From: an uncultured Acidimicrobiia bacterium
GTDB lineage: Bacteria; Actinomycetota; Acidimicrobiia; Acidimicrobiales; AC-14
DNA length: 64,000 nucleotides
Reading direction: 5' to 3'
NCBI GenBank assembly: GCA_963836205.1
Contig: CAWIIV010000015.1
Location: forward strand, 128,001 to 192,000
Position numbers and translations under genes: made by a program
Notes under the pieces: model-generated
Told to the model about the DNA's origin: nothing
Seen by the model: only the letters and a program-made list of their open reading frames with translations
The model's database searches: none
Part shown: positions 19,440 to 27,631 of the stretch, one piece after another
Position numbering within the stretch: position 1 is the stretch's first letter
Layout: each line of letters begins with the position of its first letter

Positions 19440-19466
19440 GACTCCAGCACAACGGCGGACTCTTCG
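19440..19466 (-). promoter_or_regulatory. Putative SigG/ECF56-type promoter CGAAGA-N18-GTC
   Basis: Minus-strand CGAAGA (19466-19461), 18 nt, GTC (19442-19440); same geometry as the site at 9906-9932. Confidence 0.4.
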
Positions 19467-19849
19467 CCCACCGGCCCGGTCGCGCCAGCGACCGGACTGG
19501 TGGCGTCGCGGGTGCCGAGGCGGCCGGTGCAGGCGGCGTGCGGGTCGACTCTGGCGCCAGTGGCGACCCCGGTGTCCTCGGGACGGGTTGCCGGGCCGCG
19601 ATCTGCACCGTGCGCATCGGGATCGGTGAGCGGAAACAACACGTGACCGTGCCGGCTCCCGGAGATCGGTTGGACGAAGGCGCGGCCTTTCGCCGGCCGG
19701 GGTGTGCGGTGGCCGCCGAGTGCCGTCGGCGGTTTCGCGCCGTCGGTGGGGTCCGAACGACCGAGAATGGGATAAACAAGAAGGCGAGTTTCTCGTCCAT
19801 CCGATCGGACGTCCGGAGGTTCGAAGGCAAGGTGTTGGTGACGCGCTGC

Positions 19850-20599
19850 ATGCCACGATTCCGGCTGACGATGCTAATGCTGGCGCTCGTGGCCGCAACG
19901 GCCGCCTGCTCCGAGGTGAAGAACCTCGCCACCGGTGAGTGCAGCGGCGACAAGCCGTTCGTGCTGGTCATGGTCGATGGTTCCTCCACCCAGAACGACC
20001 CTGCGCTGATCGCCGAGCAGGTGGACGTGGTGGAGGCCGTCGCCCGCAGGACGAGCAACGAGTGCGGCCGCCTGCGGGTCGAGCGGTTCCGGGGCTCGGC
20101 CAGCGACGTCGACACCCTCCTCGACCGCGACGTCACCCCTGAGGGGGCCACCGCCGGCAACCGCGACCGCAACCGCGACGACCTTCTGGAAGAGATCCGC
20201 AATGAGGTGGAGCAGCGTATCGCCGGCTCCGCGGCGCAGGGCGGGAGCGATCCAGTGGGCGCCATGGGCCGGGGGGCCCGGCTCCTCGGCCAGGAGGACC
20301 GGGAGCACAAGCAGCTGATCCTGGTCACCGACGGGGTCCAGTCGGCCGAGCCCAACCTGGCCACCGAGGAGCTCACCGCCGCCACCGCCAGCAGCTTCGT
20401 CGACCAGGCCGGCGACCTCCCCGACCTCTCCGGCATCGACCTGGTGGTCACCGGCGTTGGCCGGGTGAGCGGCCCCCAGCCCCCGTCGTCCTACATCAAC
20501 GGGCTGGTGGCCTTCTACGAGGAGGTCTGCGAGCGCTCCGGGGCCGCGTCGTGCCGGGTCGTCGACGCCCTCCTCCTGCCGGGAGGCAGCGGTTCGTGA
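19850..20599 (+). CDS. Lipoprotein with vWA-like domain
   Basis: Lipobox ATAAC after a hydrophobic stretch; VMVDGSST (DxSxS-like MIDAS), GGSD and LILVTDG. Confidence 0.65.
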   Translation: MPRFRLTMLMLALVAATAACSEVKNLATGECSGDKPFVLVMVDGSSTQNDPALIAEQVDVVEAVARRTSNECGRLRVERFRGSASDVDTLLDRDVTPEGATAGNRDRNRDDLLEEIRNEVEQRIAGSAAQGGSDPVGAMGRGARLLGQEDREHKQLILVTDGVQSAEPNLATEELTAATASSFVDQAGDLPDLSGIDLVVTGVGRVSGPQPPSSYINGLVAFYEEVCERSGAASCRVVDALLLPGGSGS

Positions 20600-22452
20600 G
20601 CTCACCTTCCTGGGACTTCCCGTCCCCGTCCGCGAACCCGGGCCTCGACGACGACGACGAGCGCGAGCAGATCGAGGCCCTGGAGCGGGAGCTTCTGGAG
20701 CAGCTCGAACGCGACAACGGGGCGCCGGCGCAGGACCACGTCGAGGCGCTGGACCGGCTGCACCGGGAAGAGCAACAGGAACGGGAGCAGATCGAGGCGC
20801 TGGAACGGGCGCAGGTCGATGCCCTCGAGCGGGAGCACCGGGAAGAGGAACAGGAACGGGAGCAGATCGAGGAGCTGGAGCGGGAGCAGCTGGCCCAGAT
20901 GGCCCAGATGGGCTCGCTCGCCGCGGCCGACCGCGAGTCGGCGGATGTCGAGGCTGCTGGCTTCGATGCTGCTGGCTTCGATGCCGCTCGCTTCGATGCC
21001 GCTCGCTTCGATGCCGCTCGCTTCGATGCCGCGGAGCAGGCCGAGCGCGACGAGCTCGAAGAGCTCGAACGGGAGTCGCTCCGGCAGCTCGAACAACTCG
21101 AGCGCCAGCAGAACTCCTCCGCCGCCGCCGCCGCCGCCGCCCCTCCCCCGCCGCCGCCCGCGCCCCGCCCGAGGACCGACGCGCCGACCCGGGACGCTCC
21201 GGCGACGCCCGTCGTCGAGACCCGACCCGGGCCCGACGCCAAGGCCAGGGCCGCCCAGTTCCTGGCCGAGGCCAACGCCCGCCAGGCGCTGGAGGAGGCG
21301 ACCAGGGGCGGACCGCCCGCGGCGTCGACCGAGCTTCGTGATGCGGACGAGCGCTCCAGGGCGGCCCGAACCATCGTCGAGCACCGCCACCAGAACCTGG
21401 TCGAGGCCAACGCCCTGCTCACCGAAGCGAGAAGGGTCCTGGCGCCGATCGCCTACCGAGGGCTCTCCGACCGCACCTACCTACGCCGCAAGATCATCCT
21501 GGGGATCGGCGAGGCGGTGAGCCTGGCCGTCGCCTTCTCGGCCGCATTCGACGTCGCCCCCCTGGAGGGACTGCTGCTGTCCGGCGCCATCGCCCTCGCC
21601 TTCGTGATCGCCGGCGACCTGGGCGGCGTCCTGCGGATCGTCGCCGAGAGGTCACGGCTGTCGGCGGCCCTGGAGGACGACGCGGTGCACCTTGATCCGA
21701 GGTACCACCACATCCTGTACCACGCCCGACAACCATGGCTCTCCATGATCGGTGGGGGGACCGCCGCCGTCTTCGCCCTGGCCACGGTTTCGGTCGGTGT
21801 GCTCCGAGCCGCCAATCAGGGCAGCGTCGGGCTGGCGGCCGGGCTCGGTTTGCTCACCGTCAGCCTTGCCATCGCCGCCGGGTTGTCGAGCTGGCAACAC
21901 GCCAGCATCGGCTCCGAGATCATCGACCACCTCCAGCGGGAGGAGGAGGCGGCCGCCCGCCGCCTCAAGCGGGCCGCATCCAATCGCGCCCTGCGCCGGC
22001 CCCAGATCATGACCGCGGTGAGCAGCCAGGAGTACGACCTGCCATCGCGCGCACCCGACCTGGATTGGTCGGCGCCCGATGTCGACTGGCAGGCGGCGCC
22101 CACCGCCGAGCTGCCGGCGCTGCGGCCCGAGCGGGGCGGGCGGTCGAGACGGGCGGGGCGGGAGAGGCCGGCGAGGGCGAAGCGGGAACGGGCCTCAGGC
22201 AGCCTGGTGGGAGCGGCCGCGGCCCGAGGCGCCGTCTTCCTGGCCACCCTCCCCGGCAAGCTCCGCCGAGCCGAAGACTCCGGTCCCAGTCCCAGTCCTA
22301 CGAGAGAGTCCAAGAAGGTGTCCAAGAGGGAGTCCAAGATCGAGGACATGTCGGTGTCGGGTGACGGCCCGGGGGCGCTCGGAGAGAGTGCGGGCCCGAT
22401 CGAGGCCGTCGCCTTCCGGCCGCCCATCCAGAGCCCGAAAAAGTTCGGGTGA
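20596..22452 (+). CDS. Membrane protein: acidic coiled-coil repeat N-terminus, ~4 TM helices, basic disordered C-terminus
   Basis: GTGA overlaps at both ends; EREQIEALER and AARFD repeats; four hydrophobic segments. Confidence 0.65.
   Translation: MSSPSWDFPSPSANPGLDDDDEREQIEALERELLEQLERDNGAPAQDHVEALDRLHREEQQEREQIEALERAQVDALEREHREEEQEREQIEELEREQLAQMAQMGSLAAADRESADVEAAGFDAAGFDAARFDAARFDAARFDAAEQAERDELEELERESLRQLEQLERQQNSSAAAAAAAPPPPPPAPRPRTDAPTRDAPATPVVETRPGPDAKARAAQFLAEANARQALEEATRGGPPAASTELRDADERSRAARTIVEHRHQNLVEANALLTEARRVLAPIAYRGLSDRTYLRRKIILGIGEAVSLAVAFSAAFDVAPLEGLLLSGAIALAFVIAGDLGGVLRIVAERSRLSAALEDDAVHLDPRYHHILYHARQPWLSMIGGGTAAVFALATVSVGVLRAANQGSVGLAAGLGLLTVSLAIAAGLSSWQHASIGSEIIDHLQREEEAAARRLKRAASNRALRRPQIMTAVSSQEYDLPSRAPDLDWSAPDVDWQAAPTAELPALRPERGGRSRRAGRERPARAKRERASGSLVGAAAARGAVFLATLPGKLRRAEDSGPSPSPTRESKKVSKRESKIEDMSVSGDGPGALGESAGPIEAVAFRPPIQSPKKFG
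20953..21027 (+). repeat. In-frame 15-bp tandem repeat x5 (AAGFD/AARFD)
   Basis: gctgctggcttcgat x2 then gccgctcgcttcgat x3. Confidence 0.9.
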
Positions 22453-23030
22453 CCCGGCGCCGCCTGGTTCTGATCGCGCTGGCGCTCCTGGCCGCCGGGT
22501 CGGCGTGCGGCGGGTCGTCCTCCGACGAACCCAACGCCTCGGCCACGACCCGGGCCCCGGCGGCCACGCCGACGACCACGGCCGGGGGGACGCCCCGGCC
22601 CGGCATGCCGACGGTCCCCACCGGCGACGAGCGCTCCATCCCCCGGGCCTCCACCGAAGAGGCGGTGATCGAGGGCCGGCCGGCGGTGATCGTGACCCTG
22701 CCCGAGACCGTCCTGTTCGACGTCGGCCAGGCCGTGTTGCGAGCCGACGCCGAGCCGTCGCTCCAGGGGGTGGCCGACCTCGTCGGCGACCACCCCGGCG
22801 CCCGCACCGAGGTGCTCGGGCACACCGACTCGACCGGATCGGCCGACTTCAACCAGTCGCTGTCGGAGCGCCGGGCGGCGGCCGTGTCGGACTGGCTCGC
22901 CGGCCATGGCGTCGACCCCTCCACCCTCACCAAGGTCGGCTACGGCTCCGCTCGACCGGTCGCCGACAACGCCACCGCCGACGGCCGGCAGGCCAACCGC
23001 CGGGTCGAGGTCATCGTCCACCTGGCCTGA
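22449..23030 (+). CDS. OmpA/MotB-family peptidoglycan-binding lipoprotein
   Basis: Lipobox GSAC; VLFDVGQAVL, GHTDSTG, NQSLSERRA, GYG..RPVADN...GRQANRRVE. Confidence 0.88.
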   Translation: MTRRRLVLIALALLAAGSACGGSSSDEPNASATTRAPAATPTTTAGGTPRPGMPTVPTGDERSIPRASTEEAVIEGRPAVIVTLPETVLFDVGQAVLRADAEPSLQGVADLVGDHPGARTEVLGHTDSTGSADFNQSLSERRAAAVSDWLAGHGVDPSTLTKVGYGSARPVADNATADGRQANRRVEVIVHLA

Positions 23031-23303
23031 TACCCACCGAGCCGGCGTAGTTCGAGCAGCAGCGACTCGATATCGACCGGCTTGGCGACGAAGGCATGAC
23101 GCCTGGTCCCAGGCACGCCTGCGGTGGATCGAGCCGTGGCACCGACCCGGCGGCCACCAGGCCCGACTCGTAGGCGTAGATCACGAGCTGCGGCACGGCC
23201 CGCCAGCACCGTCGTTGCTCGGCTCCATCCTCGATCCCGCACCCTTCAGAGCACCGCCGCCCGCTGATCGATCCGGAAGAGTTCCGGCACCGGCACTGAA
23301 CGA

Positions 23304-25199
23304 TCAGGGGAGATTCACGGCTCCGACATCGGCGCCGCCGTCTGGAGCCCGGTCATCCGCCCGACCTCGACCCGACGGGGACCAGCGACGGGTCGGAAGG
23401 CACGGAGGCGTTCGACCGCCTGCCGGTACCTCCGGCGTTGCTCGCTCGGCGGGACCCGGGCCGGACTCGGCGACCATGTCGAAAGAGGTGTGACCTCCAC
23501 CCTGCCCCCGACGCTCGTCGAGGACCTCGGACACCGTCGTCGCCCCGGCGAGCAGCTTCCGGGCCTCGTCGAGCTCGTCGGTCATGAGGTAGGTGAGGCC
23601 GAGGGCGGCGCTCGCTTGGGCCTCGCCCGCCGTGATCCCCAAGGTGCGGAAGCGCTCGCGAGCCACTTCGAGGTGCGCCCGGGCCGGCGTGACCGCACCG
23701 TCGTAGACCTCGGCCACGCCTTGGAAGAAGCGGGCCCATGCCTCGAGCGGCTCATCGCCGAGCCGCTTGCTCAACTGGCGGGCTTCGACCAGGTCGAGCT
23801 CGGCGGCCCTCGCTCCGAACAGCACCATGGCGAGCAGGCCGGCGGTGATCTGCACGACCACTCGATCCCGGTCCCGCGCCTGACACAGCTCGAGCATCGA
23901 CCGGGCCAGCCGGAGGCCGTCGGCCTGACCCACCATGATGAACAGGTCCTTGGTGCGGGCCAGCAGCCTTACGCCCGCGTAGGGATCCGCGGTCAACGCC
24001 CACTCCGCGGCCAGGCGGACGTTGGCGTAGTCATCCTCGAGGCCGGCCACCACCTGCTGCGCGTCGAGCGACGGCCAGCTGGCGGATGCGTCGTCGCCCC
24101 GCGAGGCGTAGTGGTGCAGGTGGCGGGATGCGGCGGCGGCCGCCTCGCCCGCGTCCACCAGCAGCTCCCACGCGTACTCGCGCACCGCCTCCAGCAGCCG
24201 ATACCTCGTCCGGCTCCCGGCGCTCGGGACGACCGTGACCAGCGACGTGACGACGAGCCGCCCCAGCATCTCCCGCGTCAACCCGGGGGCGACCGCCTGG
24301 GCGGCGGCGGCGTCGAACCCGTCGACGAACACCGCCAGCCGCCGGAACGCCCGTTGCTCCGTGGGATCGAGGAGCTGGTGGCTCCACTCGACTGCGGCCC
24401 GCATCGACCGGCGGTGCGACGGCCTGCGCCGCCGGCGCCCCGTGGGTTGGCCCAGGCTCCTGTCGACGCTTGCCAGGATCTCGGCCACCGACATCGTGGC
24501 CACACTCGCCGCCGCCAGCTCGATCCCCAGCGGCAGGTGACCGAGGCGGGCGCAGAGCCGGGCCAGCACCACCTCGTCGTCCTCGTCCACGACGAAGTCC
24601 GCCCGCCGCGTCCGGGCCCGCTCGACGAACAGACGACCGGCGTCCTCGGGCGCCAGCGGGTCGACGGTCCAGACCATCTCGCCACTGATGTCGAACGACT
24701 CCCGGCTGGTCGCCACGATCCGGACACGGGGGCACCGGCGGAGCAGGGCTGCCGCCAACTCGGCGCACGAGTCGACGACGTGCTCACAGTTGTCGAGGAC
24801 GAGGAGGACATCGTGGGCGTCGATCTGGCGGCCGACCGCGTCGACCGCGGCCGCCCCGCCCGGGCTGCGGACGCCTAACCTACGGGCCGCCTCCGCGGCC
24901 ACGTCCGACATCGGCGGTACGGCCGCCAGATCGACCAGCCAGGCGCCATCGGCCGGCGGCGGGTCCAGCCGCCCCGCAACCTCCAGGGCCAACCGGGTCT
25001 TGCCCACGCCGCCGGGCCCGGTCATGGTCAGCAACCGGGTCCGGCGCAACGCCTCGCCCGCGGCGCCGATCTCCCGCTCCCGCCCGATCAGGGCGGTGAC
25101 TGGCACCGGGAACCCCGACCGGCCACTCACCCGCGGATCTGAGCCTCCTCGATCCGCCGCACCCGCGCCCTCGCCCGCGCCCGCCTGTGGCTGCACCAT
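23304..25199 (-). CDS. STAND (NB-ARC-like, LuxR/AfsR-associated) ATPase with TPR region; C-terminus degenerate, no HTH
   Basis: LIGREREI, TGPGGVGKTRLA, LVLDNCEH, ATSRE, GHLPLGIELAAA; low-complexity tail and an apparent frameshift near 23430. Confidence 0.75.
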   Translation of the reverse strand: MVQPQAGAGEGAGAADRGGSDPRVSGRSGFPVPVTALIGREREIGAAGEALRRTRLLTMTGPGGVGKTRLALEVAGRLDPPPADGAWLVDLAAVPPMSDVAAEAARRLGVRSPGGAAAVDAVGRQIDAHDVLLVLDNCEHVVDSCAELAAALLRRCPRVRIVATSRESFDISGEMVWTVDPLAPEDAGRLFVERARTRRADFVVDEDDEVVLARLCARLGHLPLGIELAAASVATMSVAEILASVDRSLGQPTGRRRRRPSHRRSMRAAVEWSHQLLDPTEQRAFRRLAVFVDGFDAAAAQAVAPGLTREMLGRLVVTSLVTVVPSAGSRTRYRLLEAVREYAWELLVDAGEAAAAASRHLHHYASRGDDASASWPSLDAQQVVAGLEDDYANVRLAAEWALTADPYAGVRLLARTKDLFIMVGQADGLRLARSMLELCQARDRDRVVVQITAGLLAMVLFGARAAELDLVEARQLSKRLGDEPLEAWARFFQGVAEVYDGAVTPARAHLEVARERFRTLGITAGEAQASAALGLTYLMTDELDEARKLLAGATTVSEVLDERRGQGGGHTSFDMVAESGPGPAERATPEVPAGGRTPPCLPTRRWSPSGRGRADDRAPDGGADVGAVNLP

Positions 25200-25260
25200 G
25201 GCCTCACGCTAGGTGGTCGCCGCGGATTGGCGCAGTGCCACAGGAGCCGCTGGAGCGAGA

Positions 25261-25288
25261 AGAGCCGGCGCGTTCCGGCACCGGCTCT
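25261..25288 (-). terminator. Hairpin downstream of tRNA-Pro
   Basis: AGAGCCGG...CCGGCTCT inverted repeat 13 nt past the CCA end. Confidence 0.45.
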
Positions 25289-25301
25289 GACCTGCACCTT
25301 C

Positions 25302-25379
25302 TGGTCGGGCTGAGAGGATTTGAACCTCCGGCCTCCTGACCCCCAGTCAGGCGCGCTAACCAAGCTGCGCCACAGCCCG
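25302..25379 (-). tRNA. tRNA-Pro (GGG), CCA encoded
   Basis: CGGGCTGTGGCGCAGCTTGGTTAGCGCG-CCTGA-CTGGGGG-TCAGG-AGGCCGGAGGTTCAAATCCTCTCAGCCCGACCA forms a cloverleaf. Confidence 0.96.
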
Positions 25380-25426
25380 TACGCGGCAATGGTAGTCCGA
25401 TGCGCCGGATGGGAGAGACTGACGCC

Positions 25427-26194
25427 ATGAGGTCGAAGATCGTGAGTTTCCTCGCCGCGCTGGCGAGCGTCGCAGTATCCCTGGCGCTGTCCACCGCCAC
25501 CCCGGCCGGGGCGCAGACAGCTCCGCCGGCACCGAGGGGCCTGGGCGCCCTGCTCGGCAGCATCCTCGGGCGGGGCGGGTCGACCACGCCGGTGCCACCG
25601 GCCACGCCCGCGGCTCCGACGAGTTCCGCCCCGGTACCCGCCGGTCCGGCCACGCCGCTCGCGGTCGAGCAGCGCCTGGCCGAGCTCCGGTACGACGTCG
25701 GCCCGGTCGACGGCGTGATCGACGGGCTCGCCGCCTCTGCCGTCATGGCCTTCCAGAAGGTGCACGGCCTCGCCCGCACGGGAGAGCTCACCGACGCCAT
25801 GGCCACCACCATCGTCGGCGCGTCCGGCCTCCCCACCCCCCTCGTCGCCAGCTCCGACGCCAACAAGGTCGAGATCGACCTCACCCGCCAGGTGCTCTTC
25901 CTCTACGAAGGTGGCGCCCTCTCCCGGATCCTGCCCATCTCGTCGGGCACCGCCGAGACGCCGACCCCCACCGGGTCCTACCGGGTCTACCGCCAGGCCC
26001 GCGGGTGGGAGACCAGCCCCCTGGGCCGGCTCTACAACTCCCAGTACTTCGTCGGCGGCTACGCCATCCACGGCTCGCTGTCGGTGCCGAACTACCCCGC
26101 GTCCCACGGCTGCGTCCGCCTCACCATGAGCGCGGCCGAGTGGTTTCCCGACCACGTCCGCATCGGCACCCCGGTCTACGTCCTCGGCGGGTAG
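25427..26194 (+). CDS. Secreted L,D-transpeptidase (YkuD) with peptidoglycan-binding domain
   Basis: Signal peptide; VDGVI..AVMAFQKVHGL..TG PG-binding motif; IHG..ASHGCVRL catalytic motif. Confidence 0.88.
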   Translation: MRSKIVSFLAALASVAVSLALSTATPAGAQTAPPAPRGLGALLGSILGRGGSTTPVPPATPAAPTSSAPVPAGPATPLAVEQRLAELRYDVGPVDGVIDGLAASAVMAFQKVHGLARTGELTDAMATTIVGASGLPTPLVASSDANKVEIDLTRQVLFLYEGGALSRILPISSGTAETPTPTGSYRVYRQARGWETSPLGRLYNSQYFVGGYAIHGSLSVPNYPASHGCVRLTMSAAEWFPDHVRIGTPVYVLGG

Positions 26195-26215
26195 CCGGCC
26201 CCACCGAGCCCGCGG

Positions 26216-26413
26216 CTAGAGGTGGTGGACCACCCACCCGATGCCCTGCACCGTCCGCCACCCGAGGTAGAGGACCACCGTCACCACCAGCAGCTTGAAG
26301 TGCCACGGGGTGCGGCGGGCCTCCCCCACCACCTCGTGGCAGGTGGGACACCCACCCTCGGCATCGAGCTCGTCCTCGGGCCGGTATTTCTCGCAGCCCT
26401 CGCACCAGGGCAT
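26216..26413 (-). CDS. Small zinc-ribbon plus TM protein
   Basis: CEGC...CPTC followed by PWHFKLL and a TM helix. Confidence 0.7.
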   Translation of the reverse strand: MPWCEGCEKYRPEDELDAEGGCPTCHEVVGEARRTPWHFKLLVVTVVLYLGWRTVQGIGWVVHHL

Positions 26414-26437
26414 CTACTGGGGCATTTCGTCGGGCAA

Positions 26438-27532
26438 TTACGTCCGGCGGATGGCGAGGATGGCCACGTCGTCGCGCAAGGGGACGGTGGCGAAGTCGCG
26501 GGCCGCGGCCAGCAAGCTCTTGCACAGCACGTCGGCGCCCACCCGGGGGTCGCGGCGGACGTGGGAGGCGATGCGGTCCTCGCCGAAGAGCTGGTCGCCG
26601 GCCCGGGCCTCGGCCAACCCGTCGGTGTAGAGCAGCAGCAGGTCGCCCTTGTCGAGGGAGAGCTCCCGGCTGATGTAGGTGGCCTTGGGGTCGAGGGTGA
26701 GCATGGGTCCGGTGGATCGTAGGGGCCGCACCTCGCCGTCGTGCCACAGCCAGGCCGGTGGGTGCCCGGCGGATGCGTAGCGCAGGGTGTTGGCCGCCTG
26801 GTCGAAGAGCACCACGCACATCGACACGAACTCCTCGGGCGCGGCCTGGGCCGAGATCACCACGTTGAGCTCCTCCAGCGCCTGGGCCGGGTCGCGGTAC
26901 TGGCGGAGGAACACCCGCAGCAGGTACTTCACCTGGAAGGCGGTGATGGAGGGCTCGATGCCATGGCCCGACACGTCGCCGATGACGGCCGCCAGCCGCT
27001 GCGGACCGGTGGACGTGAGGTCGTAGAAGTCGCCGGCCATGAGACCGGTGCCGGGCTCGTAGGCCCGTCCCACCTCGAGGCCCTCGAACTCGGGCAGCTC
27101 GACGGGGGCGAGGCGGGCGGCCCACCGCCGCGGAGCCAGCTCCTCCTGGCTCAGGGTCTCCTCCGCCCGCCGCTCGAGGGTGGCCCGTTGCTCGAGCAGG
27201 TTGGCCTCCTCGATGAACCGGCGGCCGTACACCAGGGTCATGGCCAGGGGGATGCCCAGGAGGAGGAACGGCGCGCTCACCCAGTCCCCGTCGGACACGG
27301 ACACCAGGGCGGCGATGATGCCGGCGGCGGCGTACAGGAAGGTGTTGTGCACTTCCTTGCGGTAGGCGGACCGGGCCAGGGCAGCCGCCACCGGGCTGGC
27401 GACGCGGTCCGGTCCACCGCCGCCGCTTATCCGGCGCCACGAGCGGTGCAGTCGCAGGGCCGAGCGTCCCCAGACGATCGCCGCCACGCCACATCCGACG
27501 GCCACCAGGAGGAGGACCGGGTACTTCGACAC
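26438..27532 (-). CDS. Membrane-bound SpoIIE/RsbU-type PP2C phosphatase
   Basis: N-terminal TMs; AGDFYD, IGDVSGHG, SAGHPP, LLYTDGL, DDVAIL. Confidence 0.9.
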   Translation of the reverse strand: MSKYPVLLLVAVGCGVAAIVWGRSALRLHRSWRRISGGGGPDRVASPVAAALARSAYRKEVHNTFLYAAAGIIAALVSVSDGDWVSAPFLLLGIPLAMTLVYGRRFIEEANLLEQRATLERRAEETLSQEELAPRRWAARLAPVELPEFEGLEVGRAYEPGTGLMAGDFYDLTSTGPQRLAAVIGDVSGHGIEPSITAFQVKYLLRVFLRQYRDPAQALEELNVVISAQAAPEEFVSMCVVLFDQAANTLRYASAGHPPAWLWHDGEVRPLRSTGPMLTLDPKATYISRELSLDKGDLLLLYTDGLAEARAGDQLFGEDRIASHVRRDPRVGADVLCKSLLAAARDFATVPLRDDVAILAIRRT

Positions 27533-27553
27533 TGTGGGAATGCTATTCCCTCC

Positions 27554-27631
27554 TCAGTTCCGGGCCCGCATCAGTTCCGGGCCCGCATCAGTTCCGGGCC
27601 CGCATCAGTTCCGGGCCCGCATCAGTTCCGG
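27554..27631. repeat. Perfect 17-bp tandem repeat x4.6 at the 3' end of der
   Basis: tcagttccgggcccgca at 27554, 27571, 27588 and 27605, plus a partial copy at 27622 containing the der stop codon. Confidence 0.95.

Noticed and set aside
22449-23030. Evidence of an outer membrane or a Zorya system
   Set aside because: Only the peptidoglycan-binding domain is present on a lipoprotein; there is no beta-barrel, no MotB-type TM helix and no ZorC/D/E-like neighbours.
27554-27631. Possible CRISPR array
   Set aside because: 17-bp units are directly adjacent with no spacers, and no cas genes are present.
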